A stretch of DNA of 64,000 nucleotides from Azolla caroliniana. Its lineage: Eukaryota; Plantae; Polypodiophyta. The stretch spans positions 5,704,001 to 5,768,000 of the forward strand of contig JBHGNT010000002.1 of the NCBI GenBank assembly GCA_043228905.1. Reading direction: 5' to 3'. The position numbers and the translations under genes were made by a program. Below, in pieces: positions 36,601 through 50,541 of the stretch; position 1 is the first letter of the stretch; each line of letters starts with the position of its first letter. Below the pieces are notes generated by a model that was not told where the DNA came from, ran no database searches, and saw only the letters and a list, made by a program, of their open reading frames with translations.

Positions 36601-38292
36601 TGTCAAGTTGCACGTCCTTCACCGGAATAAGGTTGTCTTCGGCAAGCCTCTTCAACCCCTTCTCACTCATGTGACATTGTCTTTTGTGTCACAACTCACC
36701 GGCAGTGTCGGATGCTACGTTTACTTCTTCCCGGCATATCTAGGCATTCATCAAGTACAATTTGTTGACCTTCCGGGCTCGAGCCACTATTAAGCTCCCT
36801 TTGCAGAACTTCATGACACCGTTTCGGATGCTACCTGTGTAGCCTTCATCATCTAGCTGACCGGCTAATATCAGGTTCAGTCAAACCTCCAGAACGTGTC
36901 GGACATCCTTCAACAACAACTTGCATCTGGTTGATGTCGTCAACAACACATCTCCTATCCCGATAATTCGGCATGTCCCTTCATTCCCCATCCGGACATA
37001 GCCGTGCTCACTGGTTGTTTAGGATGAGAAGCATTTCCGGCTCGGGATGAGGTGGAACAACGCTCCGGAATCGACAACCCATGTTGTCTCATCGATGGCT
37101 AGGTTCAACTCACTCTCCTCAGTGATAAGGATTAGTTCTTCTTCAGATGCCGTGATCGCCGTCGTTCCCTTTCGGTCCGGGCCTTGCCGATCCGAACCGT
37201 TTAGGTTTGGTGACTTCTTCGGATCAGTACTGTCGATTCCCTTGTCCATCCGGAAATGCCGATAGTTTTTTTGGAAGTGCCCCGACTTGCCACAATAGAA
37301 GCAAGTGGGCCTCCCCCTTGACTTTGATCGTGTCCCCAATTTTTCCTGGTTTTGGGGACTCTGATTCCTTTGTCTTCTGCGTTCCGATTCAGTAAGGAGG
37401 GCTTTGGTGTCAGAGATTACCTCCTTGTCTTTCTGACGCGCCTCCTCATCTAGCAAGCTCGACTTGACCCTTGCTAGGGATAGTTGTTTTCCTTCCGGCC
37501 CCGCGTTGCCCAATGTGACAACTAACATCTCCCAGCTATCTGGGAGGGAACTGAACAAGAGTAGAGCAAGTACCTCATCGGCGAGAGGTACCTCCAACGA
37601 GGTTGCCTGATGGATTAGTCCCTGGAAGGCATTCATGTGCTCCGCCATACTGGAGCCATCTTGGTACCGGAGACTCACTAGCTTTCGGAATACTGAAACC
37701 TGATGAACGGCATTTTTGTTTTGGAACATAATGCGGATCTTCTCCCAGAGTTCATGAGCCTTGCTCTCTTCGTTGAAGTTGTTGTATAGGCTCATGTCAA
37801 TGAAGAACCGGATGTATGCCGTCGTCTTCATGTGCATCACCCCCCACACTGTGGCATCGATCTTTTCCGATCTCTTGTCCCTGAACTGAACCGGAAACCA
37901 AAGATCTTTGACCACTAGCATATCCCTCATCTTCGACTTCCACAATCAGTAGTTAGAGCCGGTGCGCTCGAACATGCTGCCGAATGATTCTTCCATTTCC
38001 TATGTTGTTCGCTCTGATACCAGTTTGAAAAAGAAATGCACGGAATATCGCTCGGCCACAACTGAGTAGTAAAACACTTCTCGAAGAATCAAACACAGAA
38101 ATGGGACGTGAGAGTTCACAAGGAAAAATGATGTAGGATGTTTACGTGGAAAACCCTAATAGGGAAAAAACCACGGGAGCCCACAGACTTTGAACTATCA
38201 CTATGAAGAGAAGGGGTACAATCAGAGCCTCAGAGGCAACGACCTCGAGCTCTGTTTCTTCGCACAGTGGCGGTTACAACAAAGTATCACTC

Positions 38293-38331
<39 letters not shown>

Positions 38332-38534
38332 AACAATTACAGCAATATCACAACACAATCACACATACTAAAGTGATTGCCCTAAGTCATATGTATAGTT
38401 ATATGAACTTAGGGCTATTTACAAAATATAGCCTCAATGGGCTTATTCAAAACATAGTTACAAATCTGTCCTCTCTTCCGGTTTTGACCGGGTTTCCGGA
38501 TCTCTTCCGGTTCACCCCAGCTCGCTTCCGGTTG
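33690..38534 (-). mobile_element. Decayed copia element E (same group as D), inserted antisense into D
   Basis: 3' LTR 33690-34249; 5' LTR 38026-~38515 with its outer end lost; PBS at 38011-38022; gag 37019-37945; integrase, RT and RNase H fragments with deletions; degenerate TSD AACCA/AAACA. Confidence 0.88.
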
Positions 38535-39152
38535 AAACACACATACGATTTGGTGGAGTTGCCGAAAGGATAGAGGGCACTCTAGAACAAGTGGGTGTAC
38601 AAGTTGAAACCGGGAGACGCCGAAAATACACCAAGGTATAAGGCCCGAATCGTGGTGAAGGGCATCCATCAAAAGAAAGGAGTGGACTTTGATGAGATCT
38701 TTGCCTCGGTAGTAAAGATGACATCCATCCGGATGGTATTGGGCATTGCGGCAAGCATGGACCTCGAGGTAGAGCAACTAGACGTCAAGACGACATTCCT
38801 ACATGGAGACCTCAAAGAAGAGATCTACATGCATCAACCAGAAGGATTTGAGAAGAAAAGGAAGGAGAACCTGGTGTGCCAGCTGAAGAGGAGCTTATAC
38901 GGACTGAAGCAAGCTCCCCGGCAATAGTAGCGGAAGTTTGACTCCTTCATGACCGACCAAGGGTACCACAAGACGCAAGCCGATCACTACATGTTTGTGA
39001 AGAAATTTGACAGAGGAGACTTCCTGATACTCCTCCTATATGTGGATGATATGATGATCGTCAAACGAGACCAAGTCAAATATGGATGCTGAAGAAGGCC
39101 TTGAACCAGACTTTCTCAATGAAAGACTTGGGTCCAGCAAGATAGATATTGG

Positions 39153-39818
39153 TGTTAGGAAACAGGTCCCTCCGGATGGTGCAGACTCGGTGAAAACCGG
39201 ATGACGAGTACCCGGCTACGGAGAGACGGATGGTGCAAACCCGGTGAGAACCGGATGACGAGTACCCGGCTACGGAGAGTCGGATGGTGCAGAACTGGTG
39301 AGAACCGGATGACGAGTACCCGGCTAGCGCCGGATGATGCAGGACTGGTGAGGAGTGCTCACCGGATGAAGAGACATATTTGTAAATATGTTTCTGAGAG
39401 TCCATCGTGGCTATATTTGTAAATAGCCGAAAAGTCATATTAGTATAAATATGACTTAAGGCAAACTTATTATAGTTGTATGTTGTCATTCTTGTTGGCG
39501 CAAGATTAGAGCGTGCAACTGTGTACAGAGAGAGTGAGAGAGAGGAAGAGGTCGTTGCCTCTGATTGTAACTGCCGTCCATGGCGAAGATAGCAAGCTCG
39601 AGGTCATGGCCTCGGTGCTTTCTTATTGTACATTCTGATATAGTGATAGTTTGCGGCCTGTGGGCTATTGTAGTTTTTCCCGAGTTTGGGTTTTCCACGT
39701 AAACATCCTGTGTACTTTTCTCTCTATCGCGTTGTGCTTTCATTCCCTGTTTTCTGTGTATTATTTTAGACTCGGTTGTGGCCGAGCGTTGTTCATCGGG
39801 ACCATGTAGTTCCTGTCA
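39153..39818 (+). mobile_element. Solo LTR inserted in element D RT
   Basis: TG...CA termini; TSD ATTGG (39148-39152, 39819-39823); internal ~55-bp repeats; homologous to the LTR at 63009-63564. Confidence 0.9.
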
Positions 39819-42077
39819 ATTGGGGATGGACATCATTCAAGACTGGTCGAGGAAGCTATTGTGGTTGTCATAGGAAAAGTACATTACGAAGGTGCTCTAG
39901 CGATTCAACATGTCAGATGCGAAACCGGTCTAATCGACACTTCCAGCAAACTGCAAGCTATCCGGAAACTAGAGCCCGAGGACAAAGGCAGAGAAAGCGA
40001 ATATGATGAAGATACCATATGCCCCTACCATTGGGAGCTTGATGTACGCAATGGTGTGTACCCGGCCGGATATCGGATATGCAATCGGAGTGGTGAGCCG
40101 ATTCATGAGAAATCCCGAAAGAGAGCATTGGATCACGGTCAAGTGGATACTCCGGTATTTGAAAGGCACCTCGAGCATGTGCCTCCGATTCGGCTCCGGT
40201 AAACCCCATTTTGACAGATTCGGATATGTCGGCTGATGCAAATACCAGCCGGCTACATCCGGATATGTCATGACCTATGTAGGGGGAACTATTTCGTGGC
40301 AGTCGAGGCTGGAGAAGACGGTTGTGTTGTCAACCATGGAAGTGGAGTACATGGCAGCTGTGGAAGCCGGCAAGGAAATAATCTAGATGAAGGACTTCAT
40401 TGGTGAGCTAGGGATCCAATAGGAGGAATACCAGCTCTACTGCGATAGTCAGAGCGTCATCCACCTTGCAAAGAATGTGGCCTACCATTCAAGAATGAAG
40501 CACATCTAGCGCAGGTACCACTGGATCCAGTAGTGAGTTGAAGATCGAGAGTTCGTGCTGATGAAGGTCCACACAGAGGAGAACGGGTCGGAGATGCTGA
40601 CCAAGGTGTTGACACCCGACAAGCTGGACGCATGTCGGACGTGGATCGGGCTGATGAAACATCCCATGCCGGAGTGAAGGGGGAGATTGTTGGGATTTCG
40701 GTCCCTCCGGATGGGATCTTGAGAACTAGATGTAGAAGATCCGGTGAGAACCAGATGTAGAAGACATATCTATAAACATAGAATGAACCATACATATCAT
40801 ACGTGCATTCGCATTCGTGAATGATTCAATCATACATGTATGGTAAATCATCTCCAAATTGGATTGGATTGACACATTTGATTGGATTGAATATGGTTTA
40901 TATTATATATTGATTCATCTCAATCCCAACAAGTGAACTATGTCATTATAAACTATCATCAAACATTCAAAAACTCATAAAGCTTATATTCGAGAATATG
41001 AAGAAAATATGACACTAACAAAAAATTCTACTAGAAATTCTACTAGTTCAATTGACATAGTAATTTGTTTGAGGACTCTCACTAGAATGTGCCTCATTAC
41101 TACCAACAACATAACTGTCTTCAATGTCCTCATCTTGCATACTATTGAGGATATCATTTGAATTTTCATTATGTAAAATTTCTCGCTCTTTAAACATCTT
41201 CCTCTTTATCAACCATTTCCATTGTAATTTCCAATAACATGTTTGCGTTTAGAAGTGGAAGGATAAGGAATATTCCCTCAAATTTTGGGGTTTAGATACT
41301 CTATTCACAAAACATAATGAACCAGTATCACATGTTCTCAAAATGTCGTTGGAAAACCTAAAAACATCATCATTTCCTAAACTTGGAAAAATGCTAAAAT
41401 TATGCTATAATCGAAATGGTACAATGTTCACTATCATTGAGAAGTCAGGAAGTAATGTATTTTGTAACAAACAATGTCTGTACAAAGCAATAATATTTCT
41501 AAACATAATTTACGCATATTTTGAGTATTACAAACGACACTCTCTTACATTAAATACCAAAATATCATTCATGAGTGTAAAATTTACAAAAATCACTCGT
41601 ATCATGACCGAGAGTCGCTACTATAACTAATATACAATGTAGATTGTTCCTCGTCATCTTCGGATGTACCTATTAAGGCATTGTCTTCATCTAAAACTAG
41701 ATGTTGACATTCCATGTTATGTCTAGACGATCTTGTTTGCCTTCGACATGAGACCCCTTGTAGAATAGGTAATTTCTCCTTGATAATATCTATTGTAGAC
41801 TTCCTAAGACGTCCATCTTTTGTTAGTGTGAAGTCGTAAACAATAATATCTACGTCACCAATGTCTAGACATGAAATGCTACGAATATTTCTTTTCCTCT
41901 TTCTATTCCCCCTTGACCGTGGACATTCCATCATCTCTAAAGCATACTTGCCGGTAAAGGCATTTTTTCTTTTAGTGTTGTACCAATGCACCTTTATAGA
42001 CTGGATTTGGCTTTGGTTCTCATGCATCACCACATCTAAAACCTTACCAATCCAAATTTGATGTCCCAGCTCATTAT

Positions 42078-45000
42078 TGTAGAAAGTAGCGTGCGGAAGC
42101 AAGTATGAAGACCGAACAGAAGAGAGGAAACTCAGGTTTAATGGAGAACTTGAGCTTACATGGTATACGCGGGAGAGACAGAGAGAGAAAGACAAAAAAC
42201 TATATTCAACAATAATACTCAATCTGTACATAAGACGTGCTCAATGAACACTTTTATACAAGCCCTAGAAGGACTGACCGAAGGACTGACAGTACTTCAA
42301 TGCTCATCAAGAGCTCCTACACTAACTCCCAAATATATTCCTTACGGAATATCTTTCCTAACGACCTCCCGGTTTACGCACTCGGCCTAGCCGATCGGTC
42401 CCAACCGATCCAGTCCTCGGCTTCTTCAGCCGAACCGGCCGATGTTGAGCTTGTCTCTTAACACTCCTCCTCAAGCTCAGCTCGAGGCTCTTCAGGATCC
42501 TCGGGCTCATAGCTCCAATTCCTCCTGGCTTCACGCCTCGCTCGCGCTCCTCGACCTGTCCGATTCAACGTGTCTGAATCAAACATCCGAACCGACTCGG
42601 TTGCCTCTGATCGGTTTTCGCTCTCGTCCGAGTTGGCTGTCTCCAACTCGTCTTCGGTCTTCTCGCCCTCGATGGCGTTGTCTCCCTCATGCGTGGTTGG
42701 CTTCGGCTCTCTCCTTCGGCAACTCCCCTTCTGTCCGCTTTCAGATTTTTCTGTGGGTTCGCCCTCGGCTTCTTCAACCGATCCAATGTCGAACTCGTCA
42801 ACCGACTCGGTGTCGTGGTGTCCACTCCTTTCCTGCTGCCTTGCTTGGTCATTCGGGACTGTTCTCCCCCTCAAGTTCGGCACGTCAAGGTGACGCAACC
42901 CGAGCGCACTTAAGAATTGCCGCAACTTGTCCAGACCAAGAGGCTTGGTGAAGATGTCGGCAGTCTGCCGATCCGTCGGAACGTACTGAAGTTCGACTTC
43001 ACCGGAAAGGACACGCTCACGGACGAAATGGTAGTGCACCTCAATGTGCTTGGTCCGTGCGTGGAAGACGGGGTTCTTCACGAGCTGGATGCTGCTGAGG
43101 TTGTCGCAGTAAATCGTCGTCGGATCTGACACCTCCTCTTGCAGGTCCGTAAGTAGCCGCTTCAACCATATGGCTTCGCATGTCGCGACAGCCGGTCCTC
43201 GGTACTCAGCTTCGGTGCTCGACAGGGCAACTGTCGGCTGCTTCTTACTGCTCCACGCGATCGCGGCAGTCCCGAGGGAGAACGCGTATCTGGACGTGGA
43301 TCGGCTATCGGCGGCGTTGCCATCCCAATCAGCATCGGTGCAGCCGACTAACTGCTCGGCTGCACCGGTCCGATATAGTAGTCCGCGGTCCTTAGTGCCG
43401 CTTACGTACCGCAGTACGCGTTGCGCACACTGAAGGTGCTTCTCGGTAGGTTGCGCCATGAACTGACTGATCACTCCGACCGGATAACTGAGGTCGGGTC
43501 GGGTGATGGTCAAGTATATGAGACTTCCGACAATTTGTCGGAACCTCGTCGGGTCGCATACCTTTCCCGTATCGGGACGAAGCTTGACGGTTCTGTCCAG
43601 AGGAGTCGAGACGGTCTTACAGTCGGCCATCCCAAATTTGAAGAGCATACTTAGCACGTAGTGACGTTGGCTGATCAATATGCCTTCGGGGGTACGGATC
43701 ACTTCGATCCCGAGGAAGTAACGAAGGTCCCCCAGATCCTTCATGTCGAACGATGCCGCAAGCTGGAGATTCACGCAGTCGATTTCACCTAGGTCGGCGT
43801 CGGTGATGACCAAGTCATCAACATATAGTAAAATACTAACCGGTTCGAGTCGACCTTTCCGGATGAACAGCTAAGAGTCCGATTTTGACGTGGCGAAGCC
43901 CATCTGACGCAGTTGTTGCGTGATCTTTGCGTTCCAGGCACGCGGGGCTTGCTTCAGTCCGTAAAGGGACTTTTTCAGTCGGCATACTGCCGAGGAGTTC
44001 GTTCCGGAGTGAAATCCGGGGGGCTGTACCATGTACACCTGTTCCTCAAGGTCACCTTGCAGGAACGCATTCTTTACATCCATCTGATGTAAGTGCCACC
44101 CATTGGCCGCGGCTACTGCGAGCAAAACACGGACGGTCGTCATTTTCTCGACCGGCGCAAAAGTCTCATCGTAGTCGATGCCATGTTTCTGCGCGTAGCC
44201 CTTTGCCACCAGCCGAGCCTTGTACCGGTTGACCGAGCCATCGGTGTTGTACTTGACCTTGTACACCCACCTACACCCGATCGGTTTTACCCCTTTTGGT
44301 GCGTCAACCAGGTCCCAGGTCTCGTTCTCCGCCAATGCGTGCATCACTTCCTCCATCGCGACATGCCAATTCGCGTCTTTAGCCGCTTCTGCATAGCTCT
44401 CCGGCTCACGCACTTCCGCTACACGGGTCATGTACGCATAATGATGCGCCATGTACTCGTTGTATCCGGACCGCAAAATAGGATTCTTCTAGCGGGTAGA
44501 TCGTCGTAATCTCACATCAGCCGATGTCGAGGCCTTCTTGGTCGACGCAGTCTTCAGCTTTAAAGACCCGTCACCGGTTCCCTTGGAGTCGGACTCGCGT
44601 CGGTTTGACTCGTTCCTTTCCGTGCCGGAATCCGACACCTTCTTCTTCCCTTTCTCTTTGCGCGTAAGCCGTCTCCTCAGCTTCCTGCGCGAGGAATGCA
44701 CGGTCGAGTCTCCACTACTCGCCGGCTCCTCATCGGACTGGTCGTACCGACTCAGTCGTCCAATCGGTCCACTTAACCGGAGTGAAATCGGACTCTCTTC
44801 GCGGGTCTCGATTTCGGGCTCATCCGAAGGCATCTCGGCCTCGCTGACCTCATCGTCAGAACTCGTATTGGAGTCGGGGTTCCGAGTCGGGGGCAGGTAC
44901 CAGGACGCGGACTCGTCAAACACAACATCGCGGCTGACACGCGCTTGTTTGGTGCGAGGGTTATAGCACTTATAACCCTTCTGCTCGTCCGAGTAACCGA

Positions 45001-47622
45001 CCAAGATGTACTTCTCGGCCTTTGTGTCCAGCTTCCTCCTTTTCTCCTTCGGTACATGCACATACGCAATGCTCCCGAACACCCTCAAGTGTCGCAAGTT
45101 CGGCTTCGTTCCGAAATATAGCTCGTGCGCCGACACTTTGTCTCCGATTCGGTTCTGGATGTATACCGCGGTCCTTACCACCTCGGCCCAGTAGAACTTG
45201 GCCAAGCTCTTCTCCTCCATCATTGCCCGTGCCGCTTCCACAATCGACCGATTCTTTCTCTCGGCCACGCCGTTCTGCTCTGGCGTGTATCTACAACTGA
45301 ATTCGCGGCGAATTCCCATTTGTTGTAGGTAACCGTTGAATTGACCGGAAAAGTACTCTTTCCCGCCATCCGACCGCAGACACTTGATCTTTCATCCCGT
45401 TTCGGCTTCCACGAACCCTTTGAGGTCCTGGAAACAGTCGAAAACTTCGCTCTTCGTCTCAATGAGGTAGATCCACGTGTGCCGCGTGTGGTTGTCGATG
45501 AAGGAGACGAAATATCGGCTCCCGCCAAGACTAACGTTTTGTGTCGGCCCCCATACATCGGAGTGTATAAGGTCGAGCTTGTTCCGGCTCCGGTTTCGCT
45601 CGTTGGGGAAGGGAAGTCAGTGTTGCTTCCCGAGCTGGCAGGCTTCACAAATTTGTGCCTTTCGGCCACTAAAGTTGGGCAAGCTGAACACTACCTGTTT
45701 CGTTTGCAGATCTTGAAGCCGCTGGTAGTTGACGTGGCCTATCCGCTTGTGCCACAAGTCGATGTCCGACTCGGCTTTTTTTCCCTTCGCGAACATTGCG
45801 GTGCCGCCGTCAGTGGAATCGAGGATGAACATCCTCCCGTCTCTGCACCCTTGCACAATCACACGGCCTTCTTCCTCAATGAAGCACCTGAGGTGTGTAA
45901 ACCGAACCTCCATCCCTTGGTCGACGATCTGTCCGATCGAGACCAAGTTTTTCGTGATTGTCGGAACGTGCAACACGTTCATGAGTTTCCCTTTCTGCCC
46001 GACATGGCTAAGGGGAACCTCTCCGACATTCGCGATCGGATGCGGAGTGTCGTCTCCTGTTGCGACTACTCCAGGTTGTATCGGCTTTTCAAGGTACGAG
46101 AACCACTCCTTATGGCTCGTCATGTGGTTTGACGCGCCGGAGTCTACGTACCACTCCTCATCCGATCTCGGGGTGGTCTGCTTCATTGAATTTGCTTCGT
46201 GTCTCGTCACGAAGGCAGTCCCTTCTCCGGCTCTCCCGTAGTCTTCAGCATAGTGCGATCGCTGCTGATTACCCTTGTCGGTATGTCTGGAGCCGTTCCC
46301 GGAACCAGTTCTCTCCGAATCGGCGCGCTTCTTCCAGCACTCACTTTCCCTGTGGCCTTTCTTGCCACAGTACCAGCACTCCGCGATGGCCTTCCCTTGC
46401 CGGTTCTCATCGCTTCGACTCCCCCTATTTCCGGAGGGTCCGGAGTTGCTGTCGGCATCACTTCGGTGCTTTCTTCCTTGATCACGTCGTCCACCTCCAT
46501 TGCGCGCCGACTCGCCTCGTCCGCCACGACCACGGGGCCTTTCTCCCTCCGTGTACAAGATCTTGCTGTCGGTGTGCGTGCTCGTCGACGCACCCACGTG
46601 GTTCTCCTCTACCATGAGCATCGACTGTAAGTCGAAAAAGGACGGCGTATTCTCCCGGGTACACATAGCCGTTCGGAACGCTCCGAATTTCGACGCCAAA
46701 CCTCTGAGACAGATCTGGACCATCTCGCTCTCCTCGATGTTCACCTCTATGGAGGCGAGGGAGTTGCAGATATCCTTGATCTTCGAGGTATAGTCCGCCA
46801 TCGACAAGTCGCGTTGTCGTAGGTTGCTCAACTCTTGTCGGAGCTGAAGCTTCTTGGCTGTGGTGCTCGCGGCGAAGATCTTCTTCAGATTTTCCCACGC
46901 ACCCTTCAGCGTCTTTGCATCCCGAACATAGCTCAATAGTTGTTCGCCCACACACGATGCGAAGCAGTACAATACCCTGCTCGCCGATTGCTCCCACGAC
47001 GGGAAGTCTCTGTGTGTTGATTCGGTTGCCGCGTCATTAGCTCCTTCGACATAACTCCAGTAGCCATGCCCGAGCAGGTACTGGTGCATCTTGTAGGACC
47101 AAGACGCGTAGTTGGTTCTATCGAGCTTCTCTGTTGGAAGCGAGCTCGCCATGCCTCTATCCATCGTTCATCTTGTTCTTCTTCGTCAAGCTGTGTCGGC
47201 TGCAGAGAGGTTCTCAACCCTCGCGCTCTGATACCATGTATAAAGTAGCGTGCGGAAGCAAGTATGAAGACCGAACAGAAGAGAGGAAACTCAGGTTTAA
47301 TGGAGAGCTTGAGCTTACACGGTATAAGCGGGAGAGATAGAGAGAGAAAGACAAAAAACTATATTCAACAATAATACTCAGTCTGTACATAAGACGTGCT
47401 CAATGAACACTTTTATACAAGCCCTAGAAGGACTGACCGAAGGACTGACAGTACTTCAATGCTCATCAAGAGCTCCTACACTAACTCCCAAATATATTCC
47501 TTACGGAATATCTTTCCTAACGACCTCCCGGTTTACGCACTCGGCCTAGCCGATCGGTCCCAACCGATCCAGTCCTCGGCTTCTTCAGCCGAACCGGCCG
47601 ATGTTGAGCTTGTCTCTCAACA
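42078..47622 (-). mobile_element. Full-length Ty1/copia element F, slightly decayed
   Basis: 386-bp LTRs at 47237-47622 and 42078-42463 (~7 differences); TSD ATTAT; PBS at 47225-47236; PPT GAGGAGGAG. Confidence 0.96.
42458..47164 (-). pseudogene. Copia F gag-pol, broken into several ORFs
   Basis: [59 protein letters not shown]; stops or frameshifts near 45617, 45400, 44489 and 43871. Confidence 0.93.
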
Positions 47623-50541
47623 ATTATCATCAGCAGGTGTAGCAATTAACATACCCACCTTCAATTCTCGCAAGTTCCCTTGCCACCTTGCTTCCGCTGT
47701 TTTTGTCAGTCTAGGTCCAACATATATGTCCCTTTGTGGTGGATGGAGCAAGCTATCATTAATCACATTAGGTGCAAGAGGAGAAGTCTGACAATTACGA
47801 CACTGTTGTATATTCTAGGTGAAGGGTATTTGCACGGTCCAAGTACGAAGGACACAATTGTCAACAATTTGTTCTTGATCTTTAAAGAACACATCCCATC
47901 ATGATGTGTCTTGTTCCCCAACATACTTCTTCACATTGTCAATGTGCTTGCGTTTGTCTTGTAGCGCTTGCATCCAAACATCCTTTGGATTATCAGCTAG
48001 TACATTGGTGACAACTTTCTTAGTCTCAATCGGCATTTGTCCTGCACCATAAACAAAGGTGGAAGGCATATGAAGTAGAAACTAACACCTGCATTCAGGC
48101 TCCCATTGGGGGGAGGATGAATACTGCTTTGCAGATAATAATCTACAACCACTATGATCATTTTTATTTATTAAGAATACGTGGTTGAAACTTATATTAG
48201 TTAAGGTCGCTAAAACTTTGGCATTTCGCTCACCACCATCTAATATGTATCTCTTGAAATCATATATTTCCTTCAAGTGTTCCACGATTGGGCATGGCGT
48301 ATATGCATCACGAATGATGTCGAACAACTTAGGTAACGTAAAAGCATCATATCGTGATAACTGCCTAGAGAAGTTACTGAACATCTGATCGATATGGTCA
48401 TGTGTGTGACCAACCAATTGAAAGTTAACTTTCACTTTCCTAAAAATTCCTTAGTTCACCAGCATACTTAGATAACCAAACACCGTAGAATTTTTGTTTC
48501 CCCGAGTAGTATTGTCTAGTTGAATATATAAAACCGGCGGCAAAGACTACCCCCAAGACATCAATACTTTTTTAATCACAGTGACTGTTAAATTAGGGTC
48601 ATTGTGGACATTTGGGTAGGTGACGAAGACATGAGGCTTCACACTTCCATTATAGGCTAAACAACCCACCAAGTGCATCTGCACGAGACAATCATCGTTG
48701 ACATCTTTAGGAAGACGTTTAAGATGAGGTAGACACGTCTTCTTTTGGTCCATTCCATCTATCATTAAACACATGTACTTAGTTGGATTGTTTATCAGCT
48801 TTTCCCTATGGTGCATAGCTCTTTTTTGCTCTAATGCTTGGGCTTCTCGGTGATCTTGTAACAATTTCTTGTTTAGCTCCTTCTTTGTCGTTGTCTTTGC
48901 CCCTTTACACACGCTCTTTAGGTTTGCACATACTGAACAATACCCCATACGTACTTTATGAGGTATAATAACATTTCTAAAGTGCAATGTCCACAACCTT
49001 GTGAACTGACTGTAGGTGACATACTTGTCGCAACAAGTTGACATTTCCAATCTATAGGAATCATAAACTTCTCAACGTGTTTAATTGTCAGAGAGATGCA
49101 ACCTATCGGTAGTTGGCATTATCTCACAATTGAACTTAAAGTATGTCTTCATCCAGCAGATCGCATTTCTACCTGATGCACCCTTCATACTTGGCAAATT
49201 ATCATCTTCAATGGGATTGTTTCCGTTTAAAACTCTTTGTTGCACTCTATTTAATCTCATGTTGCTAACACAAAGTGCGATCTTGAATGCCACTCTACAA
49301 CATTGTCGTGCCGTAAAAAGGTAATACTCGAAAGATATCGAGATATCTGAGGCTTTGTCTAACACCATCTGTAAGTGTGTCATAAGATAAGTGTCTTGTT
49401 CATCACCATTGAGTGAAAAATAGTAACGTCTCAAAGACCGCAAGTTTTGCTTTCCAATCATCACCATACGCCCACGAGCGCAACATGTCTTCTTAACATC
49501 TACGGTAAGTTGAGCTTCAGATGTCACTAAAGCAAATCTTTCTCGACTAATACATCTTGAGACCCTTTTGAAAAATAAGGGACTCATTGATTTATTGTCA
49601 TCCTTAACTGATATTGGTGTACACTCCTCTTGGTGCACATTTGTTCTCTGGTGTTGGGTAGAAATACTTTCGGGACATTAACAATCACCTACATTCTCAC
49701 CCGAGTCCGCGTATGGGTCATACTCTTCAATTGAGAATTCAAGGCATCTTCTTGTATTGACTGGACTGTTGGAGATTATATACTCCTCAACGGAGAAATT
49801 AGAATCTTGAGACCAATGGTATTCTTCTACCGAAAACCCCAGAGAAGGTGAGGAATCCGATGACAATTGATATTCCTCAATAGAAAAGCGTGAATTATTT
49901 CCCATTGTCTGAGGTTCTAATATCCTTTATATTTCACTCCCTAAGCATACAAATTGTAAGACGTACTTAAACTATAAATAGAATTCTAAGGAAGTATATA
50001 TGTATATATGTATATTTTATTATATAATTTTTTTCTATATTTCTATTAGTTATAAATAAAAATTGATCGCATGTACACGTCACATAATTGCATAATACCA
50101 CTATCCTCACCCAATTAGTGAATGTTCTCAAAATCAAAATCATTAGACTACCATAAATGTAGATAAGTATACTCAATCATAGGACTGACCTTGCACATGT
50201 ATTAAATCATAATAAGTACTATCTCATAATAGGTACTAAATCATAATACACATAAGTATGAAATCATAACTACTAGATCATAATGATCATATTACACATA
50301 AAGTATAAAGATAATCATTATTTTATGATAATAATAAATACGAATTCTAAGATAAATAATTAAAGGCACTATTGGCATTTAATTCTAACCGTGGTTACTT
50401 TTTTAACTATGGTTCCTTCCCCTCCCATAAATAGAACCAACCTCTCTTTTTCATTCCCCAGAGTTGAGCGTAACCACTCCCCAGAGTGCCAAAGCACAGA
50501 CGCGAGAACTCCCAAGATACCTCACGCATCCCCGAACTGAC

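Larger units (their letters stand above)
41602..49905 (-). pseudogene. Sola1/DUF7869-like DDD transposase with C-terminal Tudor/SH3-like domain, split by copia F
   Basis: N-terminal CC..EQDTYL..CRVAF..LCVSNMRL; CSVC; catalytic-like IDGMDQ, LPPVLYIQLDNTTRGNKN (~48490-48545) and LVGHTHDHIDQMFS. The C-terminus rejoins across TSD ATTAT. Contains stops and frameshifts. Confidence 0.72.
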
